NCBI RefSeq assembly: GCF_938030755.1
Contig: NZ_CALHIF010000039.1
Span: 28,274 to 92,273, forward strand
DNA: 64,000 nt
Source of the DNA: an uncultured Granulicatella sp.
GTDB taxonomy: Bacteria > Bacillota > Bacilli > Lactobacillales > Aerococcaceae
Direction: 5' to 3'
Shown here: positions 1 through 8,724 of the stretch, piece after piece
Layout of the letters: each line of letters begins with the position of its first letter
Position numbering within the stretch: position 1 is the first letter of the stretch
The notes under the pieces: generated by a model
The model's input: only the letters and a program-made list of their open reading frames with translations
Told to the model about the DNA's origin: nothing
Database searches by the model: none
Made by a program: the position numbers and the translations under genes

Positions 1-295
1 ACCAGTATTATTCGGTTACCCAATCGTTTATAACATTTCATTAGCAATTCCATTTATCGCGGTGCCAGCTCTTGGTATTTTAATCAGCTACTTAGCAACA
101 GTTGCAGGTTTTATGAGCCCAGCATTTGTACAAGTTCCTTGGACGACACCAGTCTTCTTAAATGCATGGTTAGCAACAGCAGGGGACTTCAGAGCAATTC
201 TAGTTCAATTAGTCATTTTTGCACTTGGAGTTCTTCTATACATTCCATTTATCAAAGTTAATGACAAAGTTGTTGAACAAGAAATGAAGGGATAA
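1..295 (+). CDS. PTS lactose/cellobiose-family EIIC component, C-terminal fragment (5' end outside window; codons in phase with nt 2)
   Basis: Open frame from nt 2 (PVLFGYPIVYNISLAIPFIAVPALGILISYLATVAGF...IPFIKVNDKVVEQEMKG) is hydrophobic and membrane-like. It is followed directly by the cognate EIIB and EIIA genes. Confidence 0.8.
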   Translation, partial: PVLFGYPIVYNISLAIPFIAVPALGILISYLATVAGFMSPAFVQVPWTTPVFLNAWLATAGDFRAILVQLVIFALGVLLYIPFIKVNDKVVEQEMKG

Positions 296-299
296 AATT

Positions 300-602
300 A
301 TGAAACAAATTTTATTAGTATGTAATGCAGGCATGTCGACAAGTATGCTCGTTAAAAAGATGCAACAAAGTGCGACTGAACGTGGGATTGAAGTTTCAAT
401 CGAAGCAAAATCGATTACAGAAGCGAAAAAGAATATCCATGAAGCAGATGTTATTCTCATTGGACCACAAATTCGTTATGAGTTACCAGCAGTGAAAGAA
501 ATCGCAGGGGATATTCCAGTTGATGCCATTGATATGCGTGACTACGGAATGATGAACGGTCCAAAAGTATTAGATCAAGCACTTGTATTGATAGGAGAAT
601 AA
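300..602 (+). CDS. PTS lactose/cellobiose-family EIIB component
   Basis: MKQILLVCNAGMSTSMLV carries the phospho-cysteine loop (C-x2-G-x-STS) of PTS_IIB Lac/Cel. About 100 aa. RBS AAGGGA upstream. Confidence 0.9.
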   Translation: MKQILLVCNAGMSTSMLVKKMQQSATERGIEVSIEAKSITEAKKNIHEADVILIGPQIRYELPAVKEIAGDIPVDAIDMRDYGMMNGPKVLDQALVLIGE

Positions 603-603
603 A

Positions 604-921
604 ATGACAGAAGAAATGGAACTCATCTGTTTCCAGCTGATTGCCAATAGTGGTGCAGCAAAATCCTCATTTGTAGAAGCCATTCAATTGGCCAAAAAAG
701 GACAGTTTGAAGACGCAAATGCAAAATTGAAGGAAGCAGAGGAAGCTTTTGTTGAGGCACATAAAATTCATGCAGAGCTGATTCAAAAAGAAGCAGGTGG
801 AGAAAAAACAGAATTTTCATTGTTGTTCATGCATGCAGAGGATCAAATGGCATCAACAGAAATCGTTCAGTTATTAGCGCAAGAGCTAATTGAACTATAC
901 CGTGATAAACACCCACAATAA
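604..921 (+). CDS. PTS lactose/cellobiose-family EIIA component
   Basis: 105-aa helical protein with ...LLFMHAEDQMAS... typical of PTS_IIA Lac/Cel. RBS AGGAGA. Starts 1 nt after the EIIB stop. Confidence 0.9.
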   Translation: MTEEMELICFQLIANSGAAKSSFVEAIQLAKKGQFEDANAKLKEAEEAFVEAHKIHAELIQKEAGGEKTEFSLLFMHAEDQMASTEIVQLLAQELIELYRDKHPQ

Positions 922-930
922 GAACTTTAC

Positions 931-968
931 AAAACACAGATTAGGATTTCTCCGGATCTGTGTTTTTA
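931..968 (+). terminator. Rho-independent terminator of the PTS operon
   Basis: Perfect 11-bp stem AAAACACAGAT (931-941) / ATCTGTGTTTT (956-966) running into a T-run. Confidence 0.8.
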
Positions 969-992
969 TTTAGAATCAACCTTAGAAAGATA

Positions 993-1452
993 AGATTCCG
1001 TAGAAGCTTACGGATTCTATAATAGCAGTAACGTGAAGTGCATCGAATGTTAGGGAGAAAGACAGAAATACTCTAAATATATTTATGTATTTAGAGTATT
1101 TCGTTTTCTTTCCCCCACAAAGTTGAATAGGAATGAGCTAGCTGGTTACAGCAAAGCTCATTCCATTCAACCACTGTGCTTATGGGGAGTAGGAGTTTGC
1201 TTCGTAGTTAAAAATTTTATAAAGGTAGACGCAGTAGCTGATTGAATCAAGCTTCATCACTTGTGATTCGCTTAATTCTAATCAGCCTTGCGGAGGTAAG
1301 ACTACAAAGTAAACAGGACTCACACTGTGAGTCCTGTTTTGTCTTTGGTCTTACTCCCATTTGTAGCTTCGAAGGTGTAAGACTTTGGCTTACACCGGTG
1401 CAACGTTACAGCTATTATGAAGAGATCCGGAAGGATTCGCAAGGAATCTTTC
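993..1452. repeat. Cluster of six independent stem-loops in a non-coding spacer
   Basis: Inverted repeats read by eye at 993-1018, 1053-1114 (15-bp perfect core GAAATACTCTAAATA), 1122-1171 (17-bp stem with one bulge), 1292-1358 (about 30-nt arms, perfect 13-bp inner stem 1311-1339), 1374-1396 and 1430-1452. No ORF with an RBS. Confidence 0.6.
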
Positions 1453-1555
1453 TTTATGTTGAGATAAGGAACAGAATCATTAAGAAATGCCTAAATCCTT
1501 TTAAAATGCGTAGATTCAGTGATAAAATAAACTGACATCAACCGTGGAGGAACAT

Positions 1556-2683
1556 ATGGAAGACAAAAGATTATTGATGAATACATATACAGGGCGCGTA
1601 TTTAATCCGCTTGAGATGGTTTCAGACGATGTTGCCATTGAAGATATTGCTCATGCCTTAAGTATGATGTGTCGAGGAAACGGACATTTGCGTTTCTTTT
1701 ATTCAGTAGGATTACATAGCATTAACTGTGCACAAGAAGCCATTGCTAGAGGATACCAAACAGGGACGGTCCTTGCTTGTTTACTGCATGATGCAACTGA
1801 AGCTTATATCGCTGACTTAATTCGTCCAGTGAAGAATCAATTGCCAGAGTACGAAGTCATAGAAAACAATCTATTCGAAGTGATTAAAGAGAAATTCTTC
1901 TTGCAACATTTAGAAGAAAAAGAATGGGCAAAAGTATGGGCGATTGATCATGAAATGCTCTCTAATGAATTACCGGTGATTTTAACGGATGAATCGATGG
2001 TGGAAAAGGCACCGTTGTTAAGTAGCCCCATTTTGGAAGAAAGAAGCATGCGAGCGGTCGAACTTGAATTCTTGAAGTTATTTACTGAACTCTTTGAATC
2101 CTATCAAAAAGAAGTAAAAAAAATAAAACGCGCTCAGCAAAAGAGAATACTCGAAGAAATGACCCCAGGGAAACGACACGCAGAAGAAAAAAGAGTGGTA
2201 GAGTGGCTTAAAGGAATGCCACAATGGATTGAGGCTAAAACAATTGCTGTAACAATGCCAATGAGAATTGAATTTCAATTAGATTTAGTGATACAAGAAG
2301 CTAGACTGTTGGGCAAACAATTATTTGTCCCTGTCACAATGCCGGACAAGACATTAGTTTTTGTGGAATGGAATGAACAAACTACTTTTAAACGGACTTC
2401 TTTTGGATCATTAGAACCTGTAATTGACAGCGATCATCCAATATTTGAAGCAAAAGATTTAGATTTAGTGATTGTTCCTGGTTTACTTTATAGTACAAAA
2501 GGGGACCGAATCGGATTTGGCGGTGGCTATTACGATAGAACCTTGCAAAAGGTAGACGATTATCGCATCGTTTCAATGGCGTATACGACTCAGGTGACGT
2601 CTGTTGTAGACTGGCCAGTATATGAAACGGACATTCATATTCCAACGATTATTACAAGTGAAGGAGTGGTTCGAGATGTTTAA
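1556..2683 (+). CDS. Fusion protein: N-terminal HD-domain phosphohydrolase (YfbR-like) plus C-terminal 5-formyltetrahydrofolate cyclo-ligase
   Basis: The N-terminal half has HS...x-LLHDATEAYIADLIRPVK (HD-domain metal ligands, as in YfbR 5'-nucleotidases). The C-terminal half has the 5-FCL signature GFGGGYYDR. ATG 1556 follows RBS GGAGG (1546-1550). The track start at GTG 1544 is less likely. Confidence 0.85.
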   Translation: MEDKRLLMNTYTGRVFNPLEMVSDDVAIEDIAHALSMMCRGNGHLRFFYSVGLHSINCAQEAIARGYQTGTVLACLLHDATEAYIADLIRPVKNQLPEYEVIENNLFEVIKEKFFLQHLEEKEWAKVWAIDHEMLSNELPVILTDESMVEKAPLLSSPILEERSMRAVELEFLKLFTELFESYQKEVKKIKRAQQKRILEEMTPGKRHAEEKRVVEWLKGMPQWIEAKTIAVTMPMRIEFQLDLVIQEARLLGKQLFVPVTMPDKTLVFVEWNEQTTFKRTSFGSLEPVIDSDHPIFEAKDLDLVIVPGLLYSTKGDRIGFGGGYYDRTLQKVDDYRIVSMAYTTQVTSVVDWPVYETDIHIPTIITSEGVVRDV

Positions 2684-3374
2684 AATAAATCCATGGAAAT
2701 TAGAACGGATGAAGCGCAATATGAATGAGAATTTTAGTTTCACTTATTTATTTCTTGCGATTCAAGCAGCGCTGTTTGTAGTGATGACGCTAGCGGGTGG
2801 TTCAACAAATGGACAGGTGCTTGTTAATTTTGGTGCGAAATTCAATCCGTATATTATTCATCAGCATGAATATTATCGCTTCCTAACACCAATTTTCTTA
2901 CATATTGGATTGGAACATATTTTATTTAACAGTGTATTCTTGTACATGATTGGTCGTCAGATGGAGTACGAAATTGGGCACTGGAGATTCCTTGTTGTGT
3001 ATCTTTTATCCGGTATCATGGGAAACCTGGCTAGTTTTGCGTTTTCATCAAGTATTTCTGCAGGGGCAAGTACGGCGCTCTTTGGACTCATGGGATCTGT
3101 GGTTTATCTATCACGCAAACATGGATATATTCGATCTTTCCAGCAAATGGGAGTGCAATATGCAGGACTTATCATTATCAATATCGTTCTTGGGTTTATT
3201 AATTCAGCCGTCGATAACTATGGACACATAGGAGGACTCGTTGGTGGATATTTAGTGATGACAGCGATTAGCTTTAGAGGAGACCGACTCACAAAACCGG
3301 CTTCACGCATTGTGGGAATTGTAGCGTATTTTGTCATTGCATTTTTACTATTTTGGCTAGGAATGAAAAGATAA
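2676..3374 (+). CDS. gluP: Rhomboid family intramembrane serine protease
   Basis: Multi-TM protein with GASTALFGLMG (catalytic Ser) and HIGGLVGG (catalytic His). ATG 2676 follows RBS AAGGAG (2661-2666) and overlaps the upstream stop. Alternative start at 2622. Same position as B. subtilis gluP after yqgN. Confidence 0.85.
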   Translation: MFKINPWKLERMKRNMNENFSFTYLFLAIQAALFVVMTLAGGSTNGQVLVNFGAKFNPYIIHQHEYYRFLTPIFLHIGLEHILFNSVFLYMIGRQMEYEIGHWRFLVVYLLSGIMGNLASFAFSSSISAGASTALFGLMGSVVYLSRKHGYIRSFQQMGVQYAGLIIINIVLGFINSAVDNYGHIGGLVGGYLVMTAISFRGDRLTKPASRIVGIVAYFVIAFLLFWLGMKR

Positions 3375-3419
3375 TGCTGTTATAATGAAAGCATATACAA
3401 ATTTCATGGAGTGAATACA

Positions 3420-4388
3420 ATGGAAAAGAAAATTATTGGTATTGATTTGGGTGGAACGTCCATCAAATTTGCGATTATTTCACTTGAAGGTGAAATTCAA
3501 CAAAAATGGTCGATTCCTACAAATATTTTAGATGAAGGAAGTCATATTGTGGATGACATCATTGATACGATTCGTCATCGCTTAGAGTTGTTAGATTTAA
3601 CGAATGAAAACTTTGCAGGAATCGGGATGGGTTCTCCAGGTGTTGTGGATAGAGAGAAAGGTACAGTTATTGGTGCCTATAACTTAAATTGGAAAACATT
3701 ACAACCATTGAAAGAAAAAATTGAAGGCGCACTTGGAATTCCTTTCTTCATTGATAATGATGCTAACGTTGCTGCACTTGGTGAAAAATGGATGGGTGCA
3801 GGTGGAGACCAACCGGACGTAACTTTCTTTACACTTGGAACAGGTGTCGGCGGCGGAATTATCGCTGAAAATCGCCTGATTCATGGTGTAGCTGGTGCTG
3901 GCGGTGAACTTGGACATATTACTGTTGATTTTAGTAATCGTCCATTTGCATGTACTTGCGGTAAAAAAGGCTGTCTTGAAACGGTAGCGAGTGCAACAGG
4001 AATTGTCAATTTAGCACGTCGTTATGCCGACGAATATGCAGGAGATTCAGAACTAAAAGCAAGAATCGATGATGGACAAGATGTGAGTGCTAAAGATGTG
4101 TTTGATTTAGCAAAACAAAACGATCCACTCGCTTTAATTGTGATTCGTCATTTTTCTAAATATTTAGGAATTGCATGTTCACACGTTGCGAATATGTTAA
4201 ATCCATCATTCATCGTCATCGGTGGTGGGGTGAGCGCGGCAGGAGAATTCTTGTTAGAAGGCGTTCATAAAGAATATGAACAATTAGTATTCCCACAAGT
4301 CCGCGAAACTACACATTTACGTTTAGCAGAACTTGGGAACGATGCAGGAGTCATTGGAGCAGCTTCTTTAGTGCTTTTGAAAGATTAG
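3420..4388 (+). CDS. glcK: ROK-family glucokinase
   Basis: GIDLGGTSIKFA ATP-binding motif and CTCGKKGCLET zinc motif of ROK kinases. ATG 3420 lies 8 nt after GGAG. The track start at GTG 3411 is less likely. Confidence 0.9.
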   Translation: MEKKIIGIDLGGTSIKFAIISLEGEIQQKWSIPTNILDEGSHIVDDIIDTIRHRLELLDLTNENFAGIGMGSPGVVDREKGTVIGAYNLNWKTLQPLKEKIEGALGIPFFIDNDANVAALGEKWMGAGGDQPDVTFFTLGTGVGGGIIAENRLIHGVAGAGGELGHITVDFSNRPFACTCGKKGCLETVASATGIVNLARRYADEYAGDSELKARIDDGQDVSAKDVFDLAKQNDPLALIVIRHFSKYLGIACSHVANMLNPSFIVIGGGVSAAGEFLLEGVHKEYEQLVFPQVRETTHLRLAELGNDAGVIGAASLVLLKD

Positions 4389-4448
4389 AAGAAACATGAT
4401 ACAATATCTCTTGTCTTATTAAAATTATTTTTGAAGGAGTTTAGTCTC

Positions 4449-4829
4449 ATGTTGTATATTATTTTGGGTCTATTATTGGCTTACGGAATTTACTTATTTG
4501 TATTAATTTGGATGCGTCAATCTGCTGCAAAAGTGGTTAGTGCTGAAGAGTTCGGAAAGGATTTACGTCATGGACAATTAATCGATGTACGTGAAAAGGA
4601 CGAATTCAAAGCAGCTCATATTTTAGGAGCACGTAACATTCCATATTCTCAATTTAAAGAACGTTTCATGGAATTGCGTAAAGACCAACCAATCTATTTG
4701 TATGAAGATGGCGTTTCTATCGCAGGTCGTTGTGCCTACCGTCTAAAGAAAAATGGATATACAAATATTTTCATTTTAAAACATGGTTTTGAAGCATGGA
4801 ATGGAAAAGTGAAAAAAAGAGAAAACTAA
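4449..4829 (+). CDS. Membrane-anchored rhodanese-domain protein
   Basis: N-terminal TM helix, then DVREKDEFKAAHILGARNIP, a rhodanese-like domain. ATG 4449 follows RBS AAGGAG (4434-4439). Confidence 0.8.
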   Translation: MLYIILGLLLAYGIYLFVLIWMRQSAAKVVSAEEFGKDLRHGQLIDVREKDEFKAAHILGARNIPYSQFKERFMELRKDQPIYLYEDGVSIAGRCAYRLKKNGYTNIFILKHGFEAWNGKVKKREN

Positions 4830-4833
4830 ACAG

Positions 4834-4866
4834 AAAGAGCTAGTTCATTGAACTAGCTCTTTTTGT
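4834..4866. terminator. Bidirectional rho-independent terminator between convergent genes
   Basis: 11-bp perfect stem AGAGCTAGTTC (4836-4846) / GAACTAGCTCT (4850-4860), flanked by an A-run and a T-run. Confidence 0.8.
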
Positions 4867-4871
4867 TATTA

Positions 4872-5528
4872 TTAATCCACTTTGTAATACATCATGGCTT
4901 TAACTGTTTTACCATCAGTAACGGTTTGTGTTCCGAAAATGCGATCTTTTGAAATGTCCGATTGATCTTTTTCACCAGGAAGTAATCCATAAGTCAGTTC
5001 TACATTTTTGGGAATAAAGGAGAATACCGCACCTCCAACAAAAGTTTTCTCATTGTTTTCTGGAACCATAATCCAGTTTAAAAGCCCTTCTTGATATTGT
5101 TGTTTGGTAATTCCAACTTTCAAATTACCGTGACTACTCGAAATTTTACCATCTTTGTCGATGTGAATTTCCCACCCAGCAGAGTTTCTCCAAGTTCCTT
5201 CCACGCTTCGGAAGTCTCCTTGTTTTATCGCTTGAAGATCCATTGAGGATGGTTTTGGTTGTTCCGCTGGAATGACTGCTTTTTCCGTAGATACAGTTTC
5301 GGGAACCGGTAGGGTTGCTTCCTTTTGTTCTACTGTCGTTGAAACTGCAGTAGTAGGTTCCGTTGTAGAACTAGTTGTGGTTTGTTTTGTAATTGTTGTG
5401 TTTGAAGTTGTAGTGGTTGTGGATTGAATTTGTGTCCCAGTTGTAGTGGTTGAGTCTTCTTTCTTTTGGAAAAGTGAACAGCCCCCTAAAGTAAGAGCTA
5501 TTAAGAATGATGCTGTCAGTTTCTTCAT
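4872..5528 (-). CDS. Lipoprotein with Thr-rich linker, unknown function
   Basis: Signal peptide plus lipobox MKKLTASFLIALTLGGC. Long T/S/Q-rich low-complexity linker followed by a ~120-aa globular C-terminal domain. RBS GGAGGGA. Confidence 0.75.
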   Translation of the reverse strand: MKKLTASFLIALTLGGCSLFQKKEDSTTTTGTQIQSTTTTTSNTTITKQTTTSSTTEPTTAVSTTVEQKEATLPVPETVSTEKAVIPAEQPKPSSMDLQAIKQGDFRSVEGTWRNSAGWEIHIDKDGKISSSHGNLKVGITKQQYQEGLLNWIMVPENNEKTFVGGAVFSFIPKNVELTYGLLPGEKDQSDISKDRIFGTQTVTDGKTVKAMMYYKVD

Positions 5529-5639
5529 TGAAATCCCTCCATTTCTATTTCATTATACTACTAATAAGTTCGAATATACATATTTTTTGAAATCGTTTTG
5601 TTGACAAACACTATTTTTAATGTTACCTTGAATATAGTA

Positions 5640-5841
5640 AATCGGTAGGTGAGACTACCATGGAGATACGGATGACTACCGCAAAATAGTGGAGACACTA
5701 TTCGTTGGTTAGCAGTCGCTGTCGTGAAGGCAGAGACTAATGTCATTACATTGCTCCATGATGTTAAAGCTTGGACGAAAAATGAGAATTGTTTATTTGG
5801 TAAGCATCTTGTCATGTCTAAGCTATGACAAGGTGCTTTTT
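5640..5841 (+). promoter_or_regulatory. M-box (ykoK-type) Mg2+ riboswitch with intrinsic terminator
   Basis: Conserved M-box blocks are present: GGTAGGTGAGACT, CTACCGCAAAATAGTGGAGACAC and GTTAAAGCTTGGACG. A 13-bp terminator stem (5803-5815 / 5825-5837) plus T5 follows. Lies upstream of an Mg-transporting P-type ATPase. Confidence 0.85.
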
Positions 5842-5875
5842 CATTTACCCAAAAGTTCTAGAAAGAGGTGATTAT

Positions 5876-5959
5876 ATGCCTGGACCGGAGAGTCAAACGA
5901 AACAAATCAATGAGCGAAGGGAAGAGTGTGATGATCACCCGGAGCTTCGCCTAATCTAA
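5876..5959 (+). CDS. Candidate 27-codon leader ORF between the M-box terminator and mgtA
   Basis: ATG 5876 is preceded by AAGAGGTGA (5862-5870). It encodes MPGPESQTKQINERREECDDHPELRLI. The stop TAA 5957-5959 abuts the mgtA RBS AAGAGGTGA (5961-5969). No homology evidence is available. Confidence 0.3.
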   Translation: MPGPESQTKQINERREECDDHPELRLI

Positions 5960-5974
5960 AAAGAGGTGAAGACT

Positions 5975-8632
5975 ATGAAAACAGCAAAAGAAAGATTCGA
6001 TTTAGCACTAATGAAACCAATGGCAGAGGTCCTAGAAGCTTTAGGAACATCTGTAAAAGGCCTTAGTGAAGAACAAGTAGAAACGCTCCGTGAAAACTAT
6101 GGAGAAAACAAAATTACGAAAGCTAAAGAAGATCCAATTTGGAAAAAGATTTATGAATCGATTATCAATCCATTTACGGTAATTCTATTAGTGATTGCGG
6201 TAATCTCATTATTCACGAATGTGATTCTAGCAAAACCAGGTGAAGCAGACCCAACAACTTCCATCATTATCGTGGTGCTCGTGGCTGTGTCAGGAACGAT
6301 TCGATTTGTGCAAGAAATGAAAAGTGACAAGGCGGCTAGTAACTTATCTAGTCTAATCGTCAATACAGCAACGGTTATTCGAGATGGCGAACAGATGGAA
6401 GTTCCGATTGAAGATTTAGTAGTTAGAGATATTATTAAATTAAGCGCTGGGGACATGTTACCAGCGGATGCATTATTATTAGAAACACGTGACTTTTTTA
6501 TCCAACAATCCAGCTTAACTGGTGAAAGTGAATCCATTGAGAAAAAATCAATCTGGGTTCCAGATGAAGATGAAAAGAAAAAACAAGCACTTGAGAGCGA
6601 ACGTTTTGTCTTTATGGGCTCAAACGTGGTCAGCGGTAGTGCCTTAGCAGTTATTTTAGTAACGGGTAATGATACGATGATTGGTCGTATCGAAAAAACA
6701 TTGAATACATTTGAAGAACCAACTAGTTTCGAGAAAGAAATGAATAAAATTTCATGGCTATTGATTCGCTTAATGCTTGTGTTGGTACCAGTTGTATTCT
6801 TGATTAATGGATTAACAGACGGCGACTGGTTAGAAGCAGGGGTATTTGCATTAAGTGTTGCTGTGGGGTTAACTCCTGAAATGTTGCCAATGATTATTAC
6901 AGCCAGCCTTGCAAAAGGAGCCGTAATTATGGCTAAAGAAAAAGTTATTATTAAAAAATTAAACGCGATTCAAGATTTAGGGGCTATCGATATTTTATGT
7001 ACAGATAAAACAGGTACGCTCACGCAAGATGAAATTATTCTTGAATATCCATTAGATATCCATGCAAATTTAGATTTAGGCGTATTAAAAATTGCTTATT
7101 TAAACAGCTATTTCCAAACAGGTCTTAAAAACTTATTAGACCGTGCCATTATTACACGTACAGAAAAAGAAGCCGAAGAACACGAAGGGTTACAAAACTT
7201 AGCAACGCGCTATCAAAAGATTGATGAATTGCCATTTGACTTCGAACGTCGTCGTATGAGCGTTATTGTGAAAGAAAACGACGAAGCAGTGCTTGTAACT
7301 AAAGGGGCACTAGAAGAAATGCTTAGTATCTCTACGCATGTAAAAGACGGAGAAGAAGTTCGTCCAATTACAGATGACATCCGCAAATCCATCCTAGAAG
7401 CGGTGAGTGGCTTAAATGAACAAGGGCTTCGTGTGCTTGGGGTGAGTCAAAAGAAATATCAAGATACTCACCATGCCTTCACAGTGGAAGATGAATCGAA
7501 TATGATTCTAATGGGATACTTAGCCTTTCTTGATCCACCAAAACCTTCAGCAGCTCCAGCAATTCAAGCGTTGAAAGAGCATGGCGTAGCTACGAAGATT
7601 CTTACAGGTGATAATGAAAAAGTAACGCAAACAGTCTGTGCAAAAGTTGGATTACCAGTTGATAAAATCTTACTAGGTACGGAAATTGAGGATATGAGTG
7701 ATGAAGAATTAGCAACAGTTGCTGAAGAAACAACGATCTTCGCAAAATTATCTCCAGACCAAAAAGCACGTATTATTCATTTGCTGAAAGCAAAAGGTCA
7801 TAAGATTGGTTACATGGGTGACGGAATCAATGATGCGCCATCTTTAAAAGTAGCCGATGTCGGTATTTCTGTAGATAGTGCTGTGGACATTGCCAAAGAA
7901 GTAGCAGATGTTGTTCTTTTAGATAAGGACTTACTCGTTCTTGAAAAAGGATTGATTGAAGGCCGTAAAGTTTATGCGAATATGACAAAATACATTAAGA
8001 TGACCGTTTCATCTAACTTCGGGAACATTTTCTCTGTATTATTCGCAAGTATTTTCTTACCATTCTTACCAATGGCACCAGTTCACTTAATCGTATTGAA
8101 CTTAATCTATGATTTAAGCTGTGTGGCATTGCCATTTGATAATGTAGATGCAGATTTCTTAAAAGAACCACGCGCATGGACAGCAAGCTCAATCACGCGA
8201 TTCATGGCTTGGTTTGGACCAACGAGTTCCATCTTTGACATTATCACATTTGCGATTATGTTCTTTGGAATTGCACCGATGATTACTGGAAGTAGTTATG
8301 CAACATCAACTAATCCAGCATTCTTCTTGATGGTCTTCCAAACAGGTTGGTTCATCGAATCTATGTGGTCTCAAACGATGGTTATTTATATGTTACGTTC
8401 ACCAAAATTACCATTTGTACATTCAAAACCAGCATTCTCTTTGCTAGTGACATCCTTATTTGCTTTATTTGTTGTAACGGTTCTTCCTTACACACCACTA
8501 GCAGGGCCATTAAAACTTGCACCGCTCAATGGACTTTATTTCCTTGCATTGATTCTCATTATCGCAGGATACATGTTCTTAGTAACGGTTGTTAAAAAAG
8601 CGTATATAAAAAAATATAATGAATGGTTATAA
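5975..8632 (+). CDS. mgtA: Magnesium-importing P-type ATPase
   Basis: DKTGTLT phosphorylation site, TGDN and GDGINDAP hinge motifs. Ten-TM architecture of about 885 aa. Sits downstream of the M-box. ATG 5975 is better placed to the RBS than GTG 5966. Confidence 0.92.
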   Translation: MKTAKERFDLALMKPMAEVLEALGTSVKGLSEEQVETLRENYGENKITKAKEDPIWKKIYESIINPFTVILLVIAVISLFTNVILAKPGEADPTTSIIIVVLVAVSGTIRFVQEMKSDKAASNLSSLIVNTATVIRDGEQMEVPIEDLVVRDIIKLSAGDMLPADALLLETRDFFIQQSSLTGESESIEKKSIWVPDEDEKKKQALESERFVFMGSNVVSGSALAVILVTGNDTMIGRIEKTLNTFEEPTSFEKEMNKISWLLIRLMLVLVPVVFLINGLTDGDWLEAGVFALSVAVGLTPEMLPMIITASLAKGAVIMAKEKVIIKKLNAIQDLGAIDILCTDKTGTLTQDEIILEYPLDIHANLDLGVLKIAYLNSYFQTGLKNLLDRAIITRTEKEAEEHEGLQNLATRYQKIDELPFDFERRRMSVIVKENDEAVLVTKGALEEMLSISTHVKDGEEVRPITDDIRKSILEAVSGLNEQGLRVLGVSQKKYQDTHHAFTVEDESNMILMGYLAFLDPPKPSAAPAIQALKEHGVATKILTGDNEKVTQTVCAKVGLPVDKILLGTEIEDMSDEELATVAEETTIFAKLSPDQKARIIHLLKAKGHKIGYMGDGINDAPSLKVADVGISVDSAVDIAKEVADVVLLDKDLLVLEKGLIEGRKVYANMTKYIKMTVSSNFGNIFSVLFASIFLPFLPMAPVHLIVLNLIYDLSCVALPFDNVDADFLKEPRAWTASSITRFMAWFGPTSSIFDIITFAIMFFGIAPMITGSSYATSTNPAFFLMVFQTGWFIESMWSQTMVIYMLRSPKLPFVHSKPAFSLLVTSLFALFVVTVLPYTPLAGPLKLAPLNGLYFLALILIIAGYMFLVTVVKKAYIKKYNEWL

Positions 8633-8641
8633 TTAGATAAG

Positions 8642-8677
8642 AGCTATCGTAACAAGTTGTTATGATAGCTTTTTTTG
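8642..8677 (+). terminator. Rho-independent terminator of mgtA
   Basis: 13-bp stem AGCTATCGTAACA / TGTTATGATAGCT (one G-U pair) plus T7. Confidence 0.8.
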
Positions 8678-8724
8678 TTCCAAATATGCTATTGTTCAAT
8701 CATAAGAATATTAGGGGTGTTTTT

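Noticed and set aside
1242-1535. 97-aa ORF in the PTS / 5-FCL spacer
   Set aside because: It has a TTG start and no RBS. It runs straight through three long stem-loops, and the translated sequence looks random, with no recognisable family features. I treat it as non-coding.
5330-5460. Repetitive ACA/ACT/ACC-rich DNA on the minus-strand gene
   Set aside because: This is the coding sequence of the Thr-rich linker of the lipoprotein. It is a low-complexity protein region, not a tandem DNA repeat or a CRISPR-like array.
5561-5815. 84-aa minus-strand ORF
   Set aside because: It lies entirely antisense to the M-box riboswitch and its terminator, has no RBS, and is explained by the RNA element.
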